A stretch of 64,000 nt of DNA. Origin: an uncultured Verrucomicrobiae bacterium (lineage in GTDB: Bacteria > Chlamydiota > Chlamydiia > Chlamydiales > Rhabdochlamydiaceae). This document shows, piece by piece, positions 1 to 9,699 of this stretch. The DNA is taken from assembly GCA_963731265.1 (NCBI GenBank), contig CAVSUE010000002.1, forward strand, positions 224,001 to 288,000, in the 5' to 3' direction. Below the pieces are notes generated by a model. It saw only the letters and a program-made list of their open reading frames with translations, was not told the origin of the DNA and did not search any database. Each line of letters begins with the position of its first letter. Position 1 is the stretch's first letter. The translations under genes and the position numbers were made by a program.

Positions 1-340
1 CACTTATCCCTATCCTGGCGGCAATGTTTATGGAGGAACGAAAGCCTTTGTTCACCAGTTTTCATTGAATTTGCGAGCCGATTTGCTCGGCACTAAGGTT
101 CGGGTGAGCTGCGTCGAACCGGGACTCGTCGGAGGGACTGAGTTTTCCAACGTCCGTTTTCGTAGCGACAGCACACGTGCAGCCAAGGTTTATGAGAATA
201 CTGCGGCCTTGACGCCTGAAGATATCGCCGAAGTGATTTATTTCTGTCATTCCCTCCCTGCCCATGTGAATATCAACACCGTGGAAGTGATGCCGGTCTG
301 CCAATCCTCTGCGCCCATGGCTATTCATAAAACACCTTAG
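1..340 (+). CDS. SDR family oxidoreductase (YdfG-like), 5'-truncated by window edge
   Basis: C-terminal SDR features: YGGTKAFV upstream in frame, VRVSCVEPGLV, LTPEDIAE, PAHVNINTVEVMP. Confidence 0.85.
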   Translation, partial: TYPYPGGNVYGGTKAFVHQFSLNLRADLLGTKVRVSCVEPGLVGGTEFSNVRFRSDSTRAAKVYENTAALTPEDIAEVIYFCHSLPAHVNINTVEVMPVCQSSAPMAIHKTP

Positions 341-424
341 TTACTGTTTTAACTAATTTAGTCGCTTATTAGGCCGAGCATCTATTATAATCTTCACTTC
401 AAAAATTAATTTAAGGTGATTATT

Positions 425-2029
425 ATGAGTATAAGTGCCGTCACGAAAGTGGAAAGTCATTCTACACAATCCACTCCTCCAGAAAACCTCCCTCTTCCTG
501 ATGAAGTGTTGCCGATTGTTTTTTCTCATTTAAGTCGATTAAAAGACGCCCATTCCATTTTGTTGACAAATTGGCAATTTAATCGCTGTGTTTCCAATGA
601 CAACCTTTTATGGAAAGGTTTTGTAAGATCTCGTTTTCCCTATTCCTTCCAGGAATATGAAAATGCTCCGAATTTTAAAGACGTATTGCACTCCTTGAAA
701 AACAGAGATTGGAATATCAACGATTACAAATTCCGAACATGCACTTTGAACGGGCATACAAAAAAAGTCACTCGCGTAGATGTTCAAGGGGATAAGTTCG
801 CTTCCGCTTCTCTAGACGGCACCGTTATCATGTGGGAGCGAAATACCCGCAAAATATTGTTTAAATTGGATTTGAGGGATCATGGATCTTGCACCACACT
901 ACTCATGCAAGGCGATACGCTGTTTTGTGGTTCGGAAGACAGCACGATTACAACCTGGAATGCAAACACCGGAAAGAAAGAGCATAGTTGGAAAGGCCAT
1001 GAGGGAGCGGTCCTTTTTCTCGCTGTTCAAGGAGATAAGCTCATTTCCGTCGGGGACGAAGACATTCTTAAAGTCTGGGATCTCAAAGAAAATATGAGCT
1101 TCATCGATTCTGTCGAAGTGATGGGCTTCTTCCATTCTCTAGCCGTTCATGGAAATAAATTTTTTATCGGCTTAGAAAAAACGATACAAACCGGGGATCT
1201 AGATAATATGAAAAACCCGGGTTTTTTGGGTGTTGTCAACGGCCATGAAGGCGGTGTCTATGGTCTTGCCTCTCAAGGGGATCGTCTTTTTTCTTCCACA
1301 GGCTACGGGGCTGTCAAAGAGTGGATAATCAGCAAGATGAGATTCGTCCGGCATATCCAGGTGAAGCCTAACGGTGTTCTGGTGCCTCGGGCAGAGCCCT
1401 GTGCCCTCATTGTCAAGGATAATAAGATCTTTTTCGCCCTGGATGAGATCGCAGTTCTCGATCTCAAGAGCGGAATAACCCTGTATATGTTGAAAAGGGA
1501 ACAACCCACCACTTCTGCATGCATGCAAGATGGAATCCTCATTTCCGGTTCTCAGGATGGCACGATCACTATAAGAGACTTTAATTTTCCTTCTTTAACG
1601 AGTTATGACGCACATACACTCGAAAAAAATTTAGCTCTTCTTGATAAGATCACAGCAGAAGACGATTCCCTATCCAACGAGCTTCATCCTAATTTTCTCA
1701 AGCGTCTCCAACAGCTTAAGGGTAAATCCCTGTCTTTGAGCGAAGTAATCCTGCGTTTAAAAATAGAGGTCAGCCTGCATTTACTTCTAGACCGAATTCA
1801 TAGAGGCGATCCAAAAAAAATCTCTGAGCTTTTGGACCAGCCGTATTGGAATGAACTACTTTTGATCGAGGGCCAAACGGCGCCGCTATATAAAAATGTT
1901 AAGGAACTTTGCTCCGCGCAAGAAACGAAAAATTTGGGCAAAGATGGCCAAAAAGAACGGGCATTGGATTCTCTTAAGAAAAAAGAACAAGCCGTATTGA
2001 AATTTCTCCAACATCAAAAAAAATATTAG
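425..2029 (+). CDS. F-box + WD40 repeat protein (eukaryote-like candidate effector)
   Basis: N-terminal F-box LPDEVLPIVFSHL...LLWK; WD40 repeats GHTKKV...SASLDGTVIMW, GHEGAV...LKVWD, SGSQDGTITIRDF. Confidence 0.85.
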   Translation: MSISAVTKVESHSTQSTPPENLPLPDEVLPIVFSHLSRLKDAHSILLTNWQFNRCVSNDNLLWKGFVRSRFPYSFQEYENAPNFKDVLHSLKNRDWNINDYKFRTCTLNGHTKKVTRVDVQGDKFASASLDGTVIMWERNTRKILFKLDLRDHGSCTTLLMQGDTLFCGSEDSTITTWNANTGKKEHSWKGHEGAVLFLAVQGDKLISVGDEDILKVWDLKENMSFIDSVEVMGFFHSLAVHGNKFFIGLEKTIQTGDLDNMKNPGFLGVVNGHEGGVYGLASQGDRLFSSTGYGAVKEWIISKMRFVRHIQVKPNGVLVPRAEPCALIVKDNKIFFALDEIAVLDLKSGITLYMLKREQPTTSACMQDGILISGSQDGTITIRDFNFPSLTSYDAHTLEKNLALLDKITAEDDSLSNELHPNFLKRLQQLKGKSLSLSEVILRLKIEVSLHLLLDRIHRGDPKKISELLDQPYWNELLLIEGQTAPLYKNVKELCSAQETKNLGKDGQKERALDSLKKKEQAVLKFLQHQKKY

Positions 2030-2031
2030 AG

Positions 2032-2133
2032 TTATACCTGACTCGGCGATAAACTTGGATTTTCTGCGAACACGCAGTCAGACGGAAAAAGGCGGGAGCA
2101 GAAAATCCAAGTTTATCGCCGAGTCAGGTATAA
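2032..2133. repeat. Palindromic miniature element with perfect 36-bp arms
   Basis: 2032-2067 TTATACCTGACTCGGCGATAAACTTGGATTTTCTGC is the exact reverse complement of 2098-2133; 30-nt spacer. Confidence 0.95.
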
Positions 2134-2213
2134 GCCTTTCCTCTTTTTTTCTTGATTGAACCTGAAGAATATGTCAACCTTGTGGAAATGGTCTTTTTTC
2201 GAGGTTGCGCACA

Positions 2214-3863
2214 ATGGTTGAAGGGTATGAGGAATTTACCGAAAGTCAAATAAAAATTTTACAGCGCTACGTCACCCACACGTCCAGTAATATCTTCGTT
2301 CTTCGCAATCTTCCCGAAGTGATTAAGGGCGCGCTTTTTTCCCGTTATTCTCGGTCGAGCCTAGGGCTGAGATCGCTGCTTCTAAAAGATTTTATCCTCA
2401 ATGAAGAGACGGCCTTCAATGCGATCGCAGGCGCTGTTCATGCGGGGGAGCAGTCGGAGCATGAGCTCGAAGACCAGATCGTGGCGATTAAAAAAGCGCA
2501 AAATTTCTATGACCGCATCCTGGACGGTTACGGCGATGATTCGATCGGGGAGCTTGGCGGAGCGCATTTGGCCCTGGAAAATGTGTCGATGATCGCTGCC
2601 AATATGGTAGAGGACTGCCGCATCGGCGGATCTCCTTTGGAAAAATCGACCCGCTACATTTATTTTGATCAAAAAGTGAATGGGGAATATCTGTTCTTCC
2701 GCGAGCCCATTTTAATGGCTTCAGCGTTTCGAGAGCCCTATCTCAAAACATGCAACTTTCTTTTTGAAACCTATTCCGCGCTCATTCCTCCCCTCACAGA
2801 ACTCATGGAGAAAAAATTCCCCAAAGAACACGATGTCTCCAAAGTCGCCTATACGGCTGCTTTGCGCGCAAAAGTCCTCGACTGCTTAAGAGGGTTGCTG
2901 CCCGCCAGCGCTTTGACAAATATGGGAATGTATGGAAATGGGCGGTTCTTCGAGAGTTTGATCCAGAAACTCAATTGCCATAATCTCGCCGAAATGCAAG
3001 ACATCGGAAGAAAGTCGTTTCAGGAACTGTCCAAAGTCGTCCCTTCTTTTATCCGCCGCGGCGATCCAGCGCATAAACATCAGCGCACTTTTGCGCAATT
3101 CCGCGAACAGATGAGCAATGACCTCAAAGTGCTCGCGGACCGGCATACTTCTTCGATTGCCAAGATGCAAAATCCCGGCGTGCGATTAATCCAATATGAT
3201 CCCGAAAGCACGGCGAAGGTCGCAGCCGCGCTTCTTTTTGAGCAATGCAATGCGGGTTTGCATGAATTGCAAGAATACTGCCGCACCCTTCCCGAAGAAG
3301 AACTTAACCGAATTCTCGATTCAGCTTCCAATTTTAGAGAGAACCGTAGGCATAAATCCCCGCGAGCACTCGAACATGCTGTCTTCACGTTCGAAATCGT
3401 GGCCGATTTCGGGAATTTCCGCGATCTCCACCGCCACCGCATGCTCACGCAAGACAGACAGTTGCTCTCTTGCGATTTCGGCTACTTTACGCCCCATGAA
3501 ATCGTAGGCACGGATATGGAAAAACAGTATCGCGATGCGATGGATGAGGCGAAAAAAACCTACGAATCGATCGCCGAGGAGCTTCCTGAAGAAGCCCAAT
3601 ATATCGTGCCAATGGCATACAACATGCACTGGTATTTTCATGTGAATTTGCGCTCATTGCAGTGGCTCTGCGAGTTGCGCTCTTCTCCTGCAGGACATCC
3701 GAACTACCGCTTCATCGCGCAAGAATTGGCCAAACAAGTTTCCAAGGCCTGCCCCAATTTCGAGCGCTTTTTCAAATTCGTCGATTACGAAGGGTATGAA
3801 CTCGGAAGGCTTGGGCAGGAAATCCGCACCATCGAAAAACGGATGTCAAAGGCTTCCTCATGA
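2214..3863 (+). CDS. thyX: FAD-dependent thymidylate synthase, chlamydial tandem-domain type
   Basis: Motifs YGDDSIGELGG, EKSTRY, RDLHRHR, ELRS; ~550 aa double-domain form; GAGG RBS at 2201. Confidence 0.9.
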   Translation: MVEGYEEFTESQIKILQRYVTHTSSNIFVLRNLPEVIKGALFSRYSRSSLGLRSLLLKDFILNEETAFNAIAGAVHAGEQSEHELEDQIVAIKKAQNFYDRILDGYGDDSIGELGGAHLALENVSMIAANMVEDCRIGGSPLEKSTRYIYFDQKVNGEYLFFREPILMASAFREPYLKTCNFLFETYSALIPPLTELMEKKFPKEHDVSKVAYTAALRAKVLDCLRGLLPASALTNMGMYGNGRFFESLIQKLNCHNLAEMQDIGRKSFQELSKVVPSFIRRGDPAHKHQRTFAQFREQMSNDLKVLADRHTSSIAKMQNPGVRLIQYDPESTAKVAAALLFEQCNAGLHELQEYCRTLPEEELNRILDSASNFRENRRHKSPRALEHAVFTFEIVADFGNFRDLHRHRMLTQDRQLLSCDFGYFTPHEIVGTDMEKQYRDAMDEAKKTYESIAEELPEEAQYIVPMAYNMHWYFHVNLRSLQWLCELRSSPAGHPNYRFIAQELAKQVSKACPNFERFFKFVDYEGYELGRLGQEIRTIEKRMSKASS

Positions 3864-5272
3864 ATGAAAAACAGGGAAGCATGATCGGCGGAATGCTGCT
3901 GATTGCAGGAAGCTGCATCGGCGCCGGAATGCTCGGCCTTCCTATTGTCACCGGCCTATCGGGTTTTCTTCCTTCTTTGACGATGTTTTTCTGCGCATGG
4001 CTTTTCATGACATCCACGGCACTGCTGCTGGTCGAGGCCAATGGATGGCATTCACGCCAGGTCAACCTTTTGACGATGACAGGACAAACTCTTGGAAAAT
4101 GGGGAAAAGGGGTTTGCTGGATTACCTACCTGTTTTTGTTTTATGCTTTGCTTGTCGCTTATATTTCAGGTATCGGCGGTCTCTGTAACACATTTTTTCA
4201 TGTCAGCCTTAACGCTTCCTTTCCTGTTTGGCTCGGCAGTTTGATCTTCGTCATTCTCTTCGGATGGGTCGTCTACCTCGGAACGAGAAAAGTCGATCTG
4301 TTTAATCGAGGATTGATGATGGGGAAGATCATTTTTTTTATTCTCCTCGTTTTCATAGGCGCTGCTTATATCAATCCCCAACTCCTTTCACGCTCCGATC
4401 CCATTTATGCTCCTTCGGCGCTGCCTCTTTTAGTGATTGCGTTTGGTTTCCACAACATGATTCCCAGTCTGACCGCCTATCTCAAAGGAGATTTGAAAAA
4501 AGTGAGACTTACCATCATCGGCGGGAGCTTGATGGCGTTTGTCATTTATCTCGTTTGGGAGATCCTCGTCCTAGGGATTGTTCCCTTTAGTGGACCTACT
4601 GGCCTAGTTGCCAGTTTGAAAAATGACCGGGAAGCCTCCCAGTCGCTCTCTTTGATATTGAGGTCGCCTTCTGTACGCATTTTTTCTCAAGGCTTGGCCT
4701 TTTTTGCGATTTTGACTTCATTCCTGGCCCAGGCTCTGAGCCTTGTCCACTTTTTGGCTGATGGACTGAAAATTAAATATAAAGAGCCAGTTGCAAAACT
4801 CCACGTCAGCGGAAAATCGAAGATTTTGGCGACTTCTGGCCAGAACCTGCATGCAGGTTCGGCCGGCGGCGGCGAAGACATACTTGAGAAAGGAGCAGAG
4901 CCGCCGCTGGGGCAAAGGGCGCCAAAAGGGCGATTTTCTGCGGCGAAGAGTTTTGCCACTGGCTCTAATAAACAGGAAAACCTGTGGCTGTGCGCCCTTG
5001 CCCTTCTGCCCCCGCTTGTTCTCTCACTGATTTATCCACAGCTCTTCTTCAAAGCGCTGAATTTTGCGGGCGGCGTGTGCGCGGTCATTCTCTTTGGTGT
5101 TCTACCCGTTGCGATGGTTTGGATCGGCCGCTACCGGAAAGCTCCCCCCACCACTTATCGCATGTCCGGCGGCAAGCCTGCCCTCGTGCTTATTTTGTGT
5201 TTTGCCCTTTTTATCTTGTTCTTGCAACTCTCGACCATGATGGGAGCAAGTTTTATCCCTAAATTTCCTTGA
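3860..5272 (+). CDS. tyrP: Aromatic amino acid (Tyr/Trp) permease, HAAAP family, with an in-frame palindromic insertion
   Basis: GGMLLIAGSCIGAGMLGLP, AFGFHNMIPSL, AILTSFL motifs; hydrophilic ~62-aa insert at about aa 308-369. Confidence 0.88.
   Translation: MNEKQGSMIGGMLLIAGSCIGAGMLGLPIVTGLSGFLPSLTMFFCAWLFMTSTALLLVEANGWHSRQVNLLTMTGQTLGKWGKGVCWITYLFLFYALLVAYISGIGGLCNTFFHVSLNASFPVWLGSLIFVILFGWVVYLGTRKVDLFNRGLMMGKIIFFILLVFIGAAYINPQLLSRSDPIYAPSALPLLVIAFGFHNMIPSLTAYLKGDLKKVRLTIIGGSLMAFVIYLVWEILVLGIVPFSGPTGLVASLKNDREASQSLSLILRSPSVRIFSQGLAFFAILTSFLAQALSLVHFLADGLKIKYKEPVAKLHVSGKSKILATSGQNLHAGSAGGGEDILEKGAEPPLGQRAPKGRFSAAKSFATGSNKQENLWLCALALLPPLVLSLIYPQLFFKALNFAGGVCAVILFGVLPVAMVWIGRYRKAPPTTYRMSGGKPALVLILCFALFILFLQLSTMMGASFIPKFP
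4783..4966. mobile_element. Palindromic element inserted in frame within tyrP
   Basis: Terminal inverted repeats AGAGCCAGTTGCAAAACTC (4783-4801) / GAGTTTTGCCACTGGCTCT (4948-4966), 18/19 match; internal perfect palindrome 4843-4860. Confidence 0.88.
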
Positions 5273-5276
5273 TAAC

Positions 5277-7268
5277 ATGTTTCATCTGAAAACGGAATTT
5301 ACTCCCCGTGGAGACCAGCCTCAAGCCATCGAACGGCTTGTTACCGGCCTGCAATCGGGAAAGAAATCGCAAGTGCTTCTCGGCGTGACAGGCTCTGGCA
5401 AGACCTTCACCATGGCTAACATCATTCATCAGTTGCAACGTCCCTCTCTGATCATCGCTCACAATAAAACATTGGCCGCACAGCTGTATCAGGAATTCAA
5501 GTCGTTCTTCCCCGACAACGCCGTGGAATACTTTGTTTCCTATTACGATTATTATCAGCCCGAAGCTTACATTGCCCGGACCGATACATATATTGAAAAA
5601 GATCTTGCGATCAATGATCAAATCGACAGAATGCGCCTTAGCGCGACCCGCTCTTTGATCGAAAGAAGCGATGTGATTATCGTCTCTTCTGTTTCATGCA
5701 TTTATGGCTTAGGTCTTCCCGAATATTATGCGCAAATGCTGCTCACTTTCAAAGTGAAAGAGAAACGGCGCCGCGACGATGCGCTGATGCATCTCGTTGA
5801 AATGCACTACAAACGGAACGATTTCGATCTGATGCGCTCGACATTTCGTGCTCGCGGCGATGTTCTCGAGATCATGCCCGCCTACGAAGAAGACCTCGCC
5901 TACCGCATCGAATTCTTTGGTGACGAGATCGACCGCATCAGCGAAATCGACCCATTAACCGGAAAAGTGCGCCAGCGATTGGAGCAGGTAACGATCTATC
6001 CCGGTTCCCACCATGTCACGCCCGAGTCCGTGAGGCTGACCGCCATCCAGACGATCAAAGAAGAGATGAAAGAGCGCGTCGCCTTCTATGAAAAAGAAAA
6101 ACGTTATGTCGAAATGCAGCGACTCCATCAACGCACGGTCTACGATGTCGAAATGATGAAGGAAATCGGTTTTTGCAAAGGGATTGAAAACTATTCGCGC
6201 CATTTTAGCCGCCGCAATGCGGGCGATCCGCCCCCCTGCCTTCTCGATTATTTTCCTCAAGATTTTCTGCTTTTCATCGATGAGTCGCACCAAACTTTGC
6301 CGCAACTTCACGCGATGTACAATGGCGACCGCGCGCGGAAAGAATCTCTTGTCGAGTTTGGGTTCCGGTTGCCTTCCGCTTTTGATAACCGCCCCTTGAA
6401 ATTTGAAGAGATTTACCGCCGCATCCACCAGGCCATTTACGTGTCCGCAACGCCAAGCGCCTGGGAAATCCAGGAAGCCCACGGCGATGTCGTCCAGCAG
6501 ATCATTCGCCCAACAGGGCTCCTCGACCCGCAGATCGAAGTCAAACCCGCCACAGCTCAAGTGGACGACTGCCTCGAGCAAATCCGGCTCGAAACGGGAA
6601 AAGGCGGTCGCGTACTCGTGACAACTCTCACTAAAAAACTCTCGGAAGATCTGAGCAAATACCTCACAGAAATCGGCGTCAAATCAAAGTACTTGCATTC
6701 CGATATCGACACCTTGGAACGCGTGCAAATCATCAATGACTTGCGCCGCGGCCTTTTCGACGTCCTCGTCGGTATTAATCTGCTCCGCGAAGGACTCGAT
6801 ATCCCCGAAGTCTCGCTCGTTTGTATCCTCGACGCAGACAAGGAAGGGTTTTTACGCAGCGAGACAGCATTGATCCAAACCTGCGGGCGCGCATCGCGCA
6901 ATCTCCACGGCCGTGTCATCATGTACGCTGATACCATCACCAAATCGATCCAAAAAACTCTCGACATCACACGCGAGCGGCGCATTCTCCAGCAGCAATA
7001 CAATCAGGAGCACAATATCACCCCCTACACCGTACGCCGCGGCCTGATTCAAGACCTCGCCGAAACCTTTGGGGAGGTTGCCCAAACCCTTCAAGAGGAA
7101 GAAGAGTCTCCCTCACGTCTTTCTGGAGATGAAGTGGAAGAAAAGATCAAAGAATACGAGATTGAAATGCGCCGCGCTGCCAAAGAATTGCGTTTTGAAG
7201 ATGCCGCCCATTTCCGCGATCAGTTGAAACATTATGAGAAGCTGCGTATCCTCGAAGATAATCTATGA
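5277..7268 (+). CDS. uvrB: Excinuclease ABC subunit B
   Basis: GVTGSGKT Walker A, YYDYYQPEAY hairpin, DESH, C-terminal UVR domain (LRFEDAAHFRD). Confidence 0.98.
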   Translation: MFHLKTEFTPRGDQPQAIERLVTGLQSGKKSQVLLGVTGSGKTFTMANIIHQLQRPSLIIAHNKTLAAQLYQEFKSFFPDNAVEYFVSYYDYYQPEAYIARTDTYIEKDLAINDQIDRMRLSATRSLIERSDVIIVSSVSCIYGLGLPEYYAQMLLTFKVKEKRRRDDALMHLVEMHYKRNDFDLMRSTFRARGDVLEIMPAYEEDLAYRIEFFGDEIDRISEIDPLTGKVRQRLEQVTIYPGSHHVTPESVRLTAIQTIKEEMKERVAFYEKEKRYVEMQRLHQRTVYDVEMMKEIGFCKGIENYSRHFSRRNAGDPPPCLLDYFPQDFLLFIDESHQTLPQLHAMYNGDRARKESLVEFGFRLPSAFDNRPLKFEEIYRRIHQAIYVSATPSAWEIQEAHGDVVQQIIRPTGLLDPQIEVKPATAQVDDCLEQIRLETGKGGRVLVTTLTKKLSEDLSKYLTEIGVKSKYLHSDIDTLERVQIINDLRRGLFDVLVGINLLREGLDIPEVSLVCILDADKEGFLRSETALIQTCGRASRNLHGRVIMYADTITKSIQKTLDITRERRILQQQYNQEHNITPYTVRRGLIQDLAETFGEVAQTLQEEEESPSRLSGDEVEEKIKEYEIEMRRAAKELRFEDAAHFRDQLKHYEKLRILEDNL

Positions 7269-8683
7269 CCCCAGCTATCCAAGTAAAAGTATCAGAAAAT
7301 CGCTTTCTTACCCTTCTTATTTCACTTGTCTTCATCCTTCTTCCTTTTCAAAGACGGTTTCATGGCTGTTTCGATTCCTGGTCGAGAAGAATTCCCCTGC
7401 CCGATTTTCCCCTTCCCGATTTTTTTTCTAAAAAAATTCATCTTTTTATCACAGATCCGCTGATTCTCCTCTTAACCTTCGTGCTTTTCTTTCGCTATAA
7501 AGTTTCAGCTCGCTCCTTTTTTTGGGAAGGGCCCTCTAAATACCTCACTCTTCTATTTTTTACCGCCTTGATCTCGCTCTATTTTTCCATCACGAACCAT
7601 TACGCCCTCCAGTATTTACGGCTGCTCCAATTCTCTTTTGTCTTTTTGTTTTTTAACGCTCTGTGCCAAGCGGGAAAAAAAATGAACTTTGTTCAACTTG
7701 TTCCCGTCTTGGCTTGGCTCCTTGTGGCTCTTTCCTGTCTACAAGCTGCAGTAGGGATCTACCAATATTTCACGCAGCATTCCGCAGGCCTTCATTTTTT
7801 AGGGGAAATCGATGTCCGCCATTTCCCTTTTCACAATCCGGGCAGGCACCGTTGGCTCTTTGACACCATGCTGCCGCAAGAGGAACTATTTCGCGCTACC
7901 GGCACCTTCTCCAATCCCAACATCCTGGGCGGATTTCTCTTCTGCTCGGTTTTCGCCTCTTTTTATCTGTTCATGAAGCAAGAAAAAACGCTCCCCAAGA
8001 TCGCCTTGACCTCTATCGTGTTTTTGCAAATCTTTGCCCTTTATACGGCTTTTTCCCGCTCTGCCCTTTTAGCCTTGATTTTCGCCATTCTCCTTTGGGG
8101 CTTTTTACAAATAAAAGCTAATTCATTTCGAAAATTGATGTTCCTTGCCTCTTCCCTTCTCCTCTTTGGGATTATTTGCATAGCTCTATTCTATTCCCAG
8201 CTCACCGCCCGCGGCGGGATTATCAATTACAACGCCGTGACCACCTATGCCGACTCCGAACGTGTCCAATACCTTAAAATGGCTATAGACATGATCAAAG
8301 AACATCCCCTTCTTGGGATAGGATTCAATAATTTTCAACTTTATGAAAATCCCATTCAGCCTGGCTACCCGGGACACATTTTCTTCTCGAAGGTCCATAA
8401 CATCTACCTCCTCATCGCTTCGGAAATAGGCCTCATTGGCGGCGCGCTCTTTTTGCTTTTCATCCTCGCCATCTTGAAAAAATCCTGGGGCAGTCTTTCT
8501 CAAGGCGGACATCTTCAGGAAAAAATCTTCTTATTCTCCGTGTTTTGCGGACTTCTGTTCATCGGCGCCTGCGACTTTTATTTGTTACATACCCCGCATG
8601 GAAGGATCCTATTCTTTGGCTTTGCAGCTCTGCTTTATTCCATCATGGAAAGAGAAAATCTGCTTTGCAAAAATAACGATTGA
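7265..8683 (+). CDS. O-antigen ligase (WaaL/Wzy_C) family membrane protein
   Basis: Multi-TM; RATGTFSNPNILGG, AFSRSA, HPLLGIGFNNF, VHNIYL...SEIGLIG. Confidence 0.85.
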   Translation: MTPAIQVKVSENRFLTLLISLVFILLPFQRRFHGCFDSWSRRIPLPDFPLPDFFSKKIHLFITDPLILLLTFVLFFRYKVSARSFFWEGPSKYLTLLFFTALISLYFSITNHYALQYLRLLQFSFVFLFFNALCQAGKKMNFVQLVPVLAWLLVALSCLQAAVGIYQYFTQHSAGLHFLGEIDVRHFPFHNPGRHRWLFDTMLPQEELFRATGTFSNPNILGGFLFCSVFASFYLFMKQEKTLPKIALTSIVFLQIFALYTAFSRSALLALIFAILLWGFLQIKANSFRKLMFLASSLLLFGIICIALFYSQLTARGGIINYNAVTTYADSERVQYLKMAIDMIKEHPLLGIGFNNFQLYENPIQPGYPGHIFFSKVHNIYLLIASEIGLIGGALFLLFILAILKKSWGSLSQGGHLQEKIFLFSVFCGLLFIGACDFYLLHTPHGRILFFGFAALLYSIMERENLLCKNND

Positions 8684-8726
8684 AAATATCTTTGATTTTT
8701 TTGCACCTTTGCCAAAGGTCTCCACT

Positions 8727-9619
8727 ATGTTAAATCGAATTCTTAGAATCCTTGGTGTTATTTCGCTCTTTTTTTCCTTCTATTCCCCTGCGCTTAGCCA
8801 AGCGAAAGAAGCTTCGACTTACCCCCAGCACATCAAACAAAAAAAACCTGCACAGAGAGAAATTCCTCCGCAATCAGCAGCACAGGGTTTTCCTGAAACC
8901 GTTAGGCCTACCTCTTTTTCCGATCCCCTGGTTGACTATTATTTGAAAAACAAGATCATTCTTTGCGTGGGACCAGCATTACGTCGGTACGAGATGTTAA
9001 AACAAACAACCGAATTTGATTTAAAGCTCATTCCTTTCAAAAAATATTCATCACAACTAATGAACCAATAATTGTTGGAATTAAATTTAATCAAGGGAAA
9101 GTGATCCCGAGTAGATGTTATTTAATTCCAGATAGAGGGAAACAGGTAGACTGTACTAATTGCATTATTTCAACTCTAAGGCATGCTGTTAATGATCCTG
9201 AAGTATTAGACGATGATATTATTCTTTTCAAGCATGAAAGCTTGTACATTAATGATATGGATTTGCTTTGTAGAGTGATAGATAAAATAGTCAATGAAGG
9301 TTACGATATGGTGAACAGAAGGCCAGTGCCCGCATGCGGTGGCGTAGTGACGTGTACAGATGCTTTCTTCGTTAAAGTCTCCGCAATCCGAAAGATCATG
9401 GAAAATTATGCCGATATCACAGAATTCCCGCCCGGTCTATGGACTTGTGAGCTCTATTTTCATCATAGCATTGTTAAAGATATCCCAGAAGTTTACAGCC
9501 TTTTTTACTGTCATAACAATGGAGGACCGACTGAATTAGGGTTTTACCATTATCCCACTGGCCCAGACCCCTTCTGGGACAGAGGAAATTATAATGAGCT
9601 TTTTAGCGCGACAAATTAA
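8727..9619 (+). pseudogene. Probable single exported glycosyltransferase-like gene split by a frameshift (ORFs 8727-9071 and 9101-9619)
   Basis: Adding one A to the A6 run at 9039-9044 joins both ORFs (...IPFKK-IFITTNEPIIVGIKFNQGKVIPSRC...); first part has a signal peptide. Confidence 0.55.
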
Positions 9620-9699
9620 CCTGAGCCAATTTTGAAACCCCATAGCGGATTATCAACAGTTCCTGTACAATGATTTATTTTTATTAAGGAGAGAAAGTC

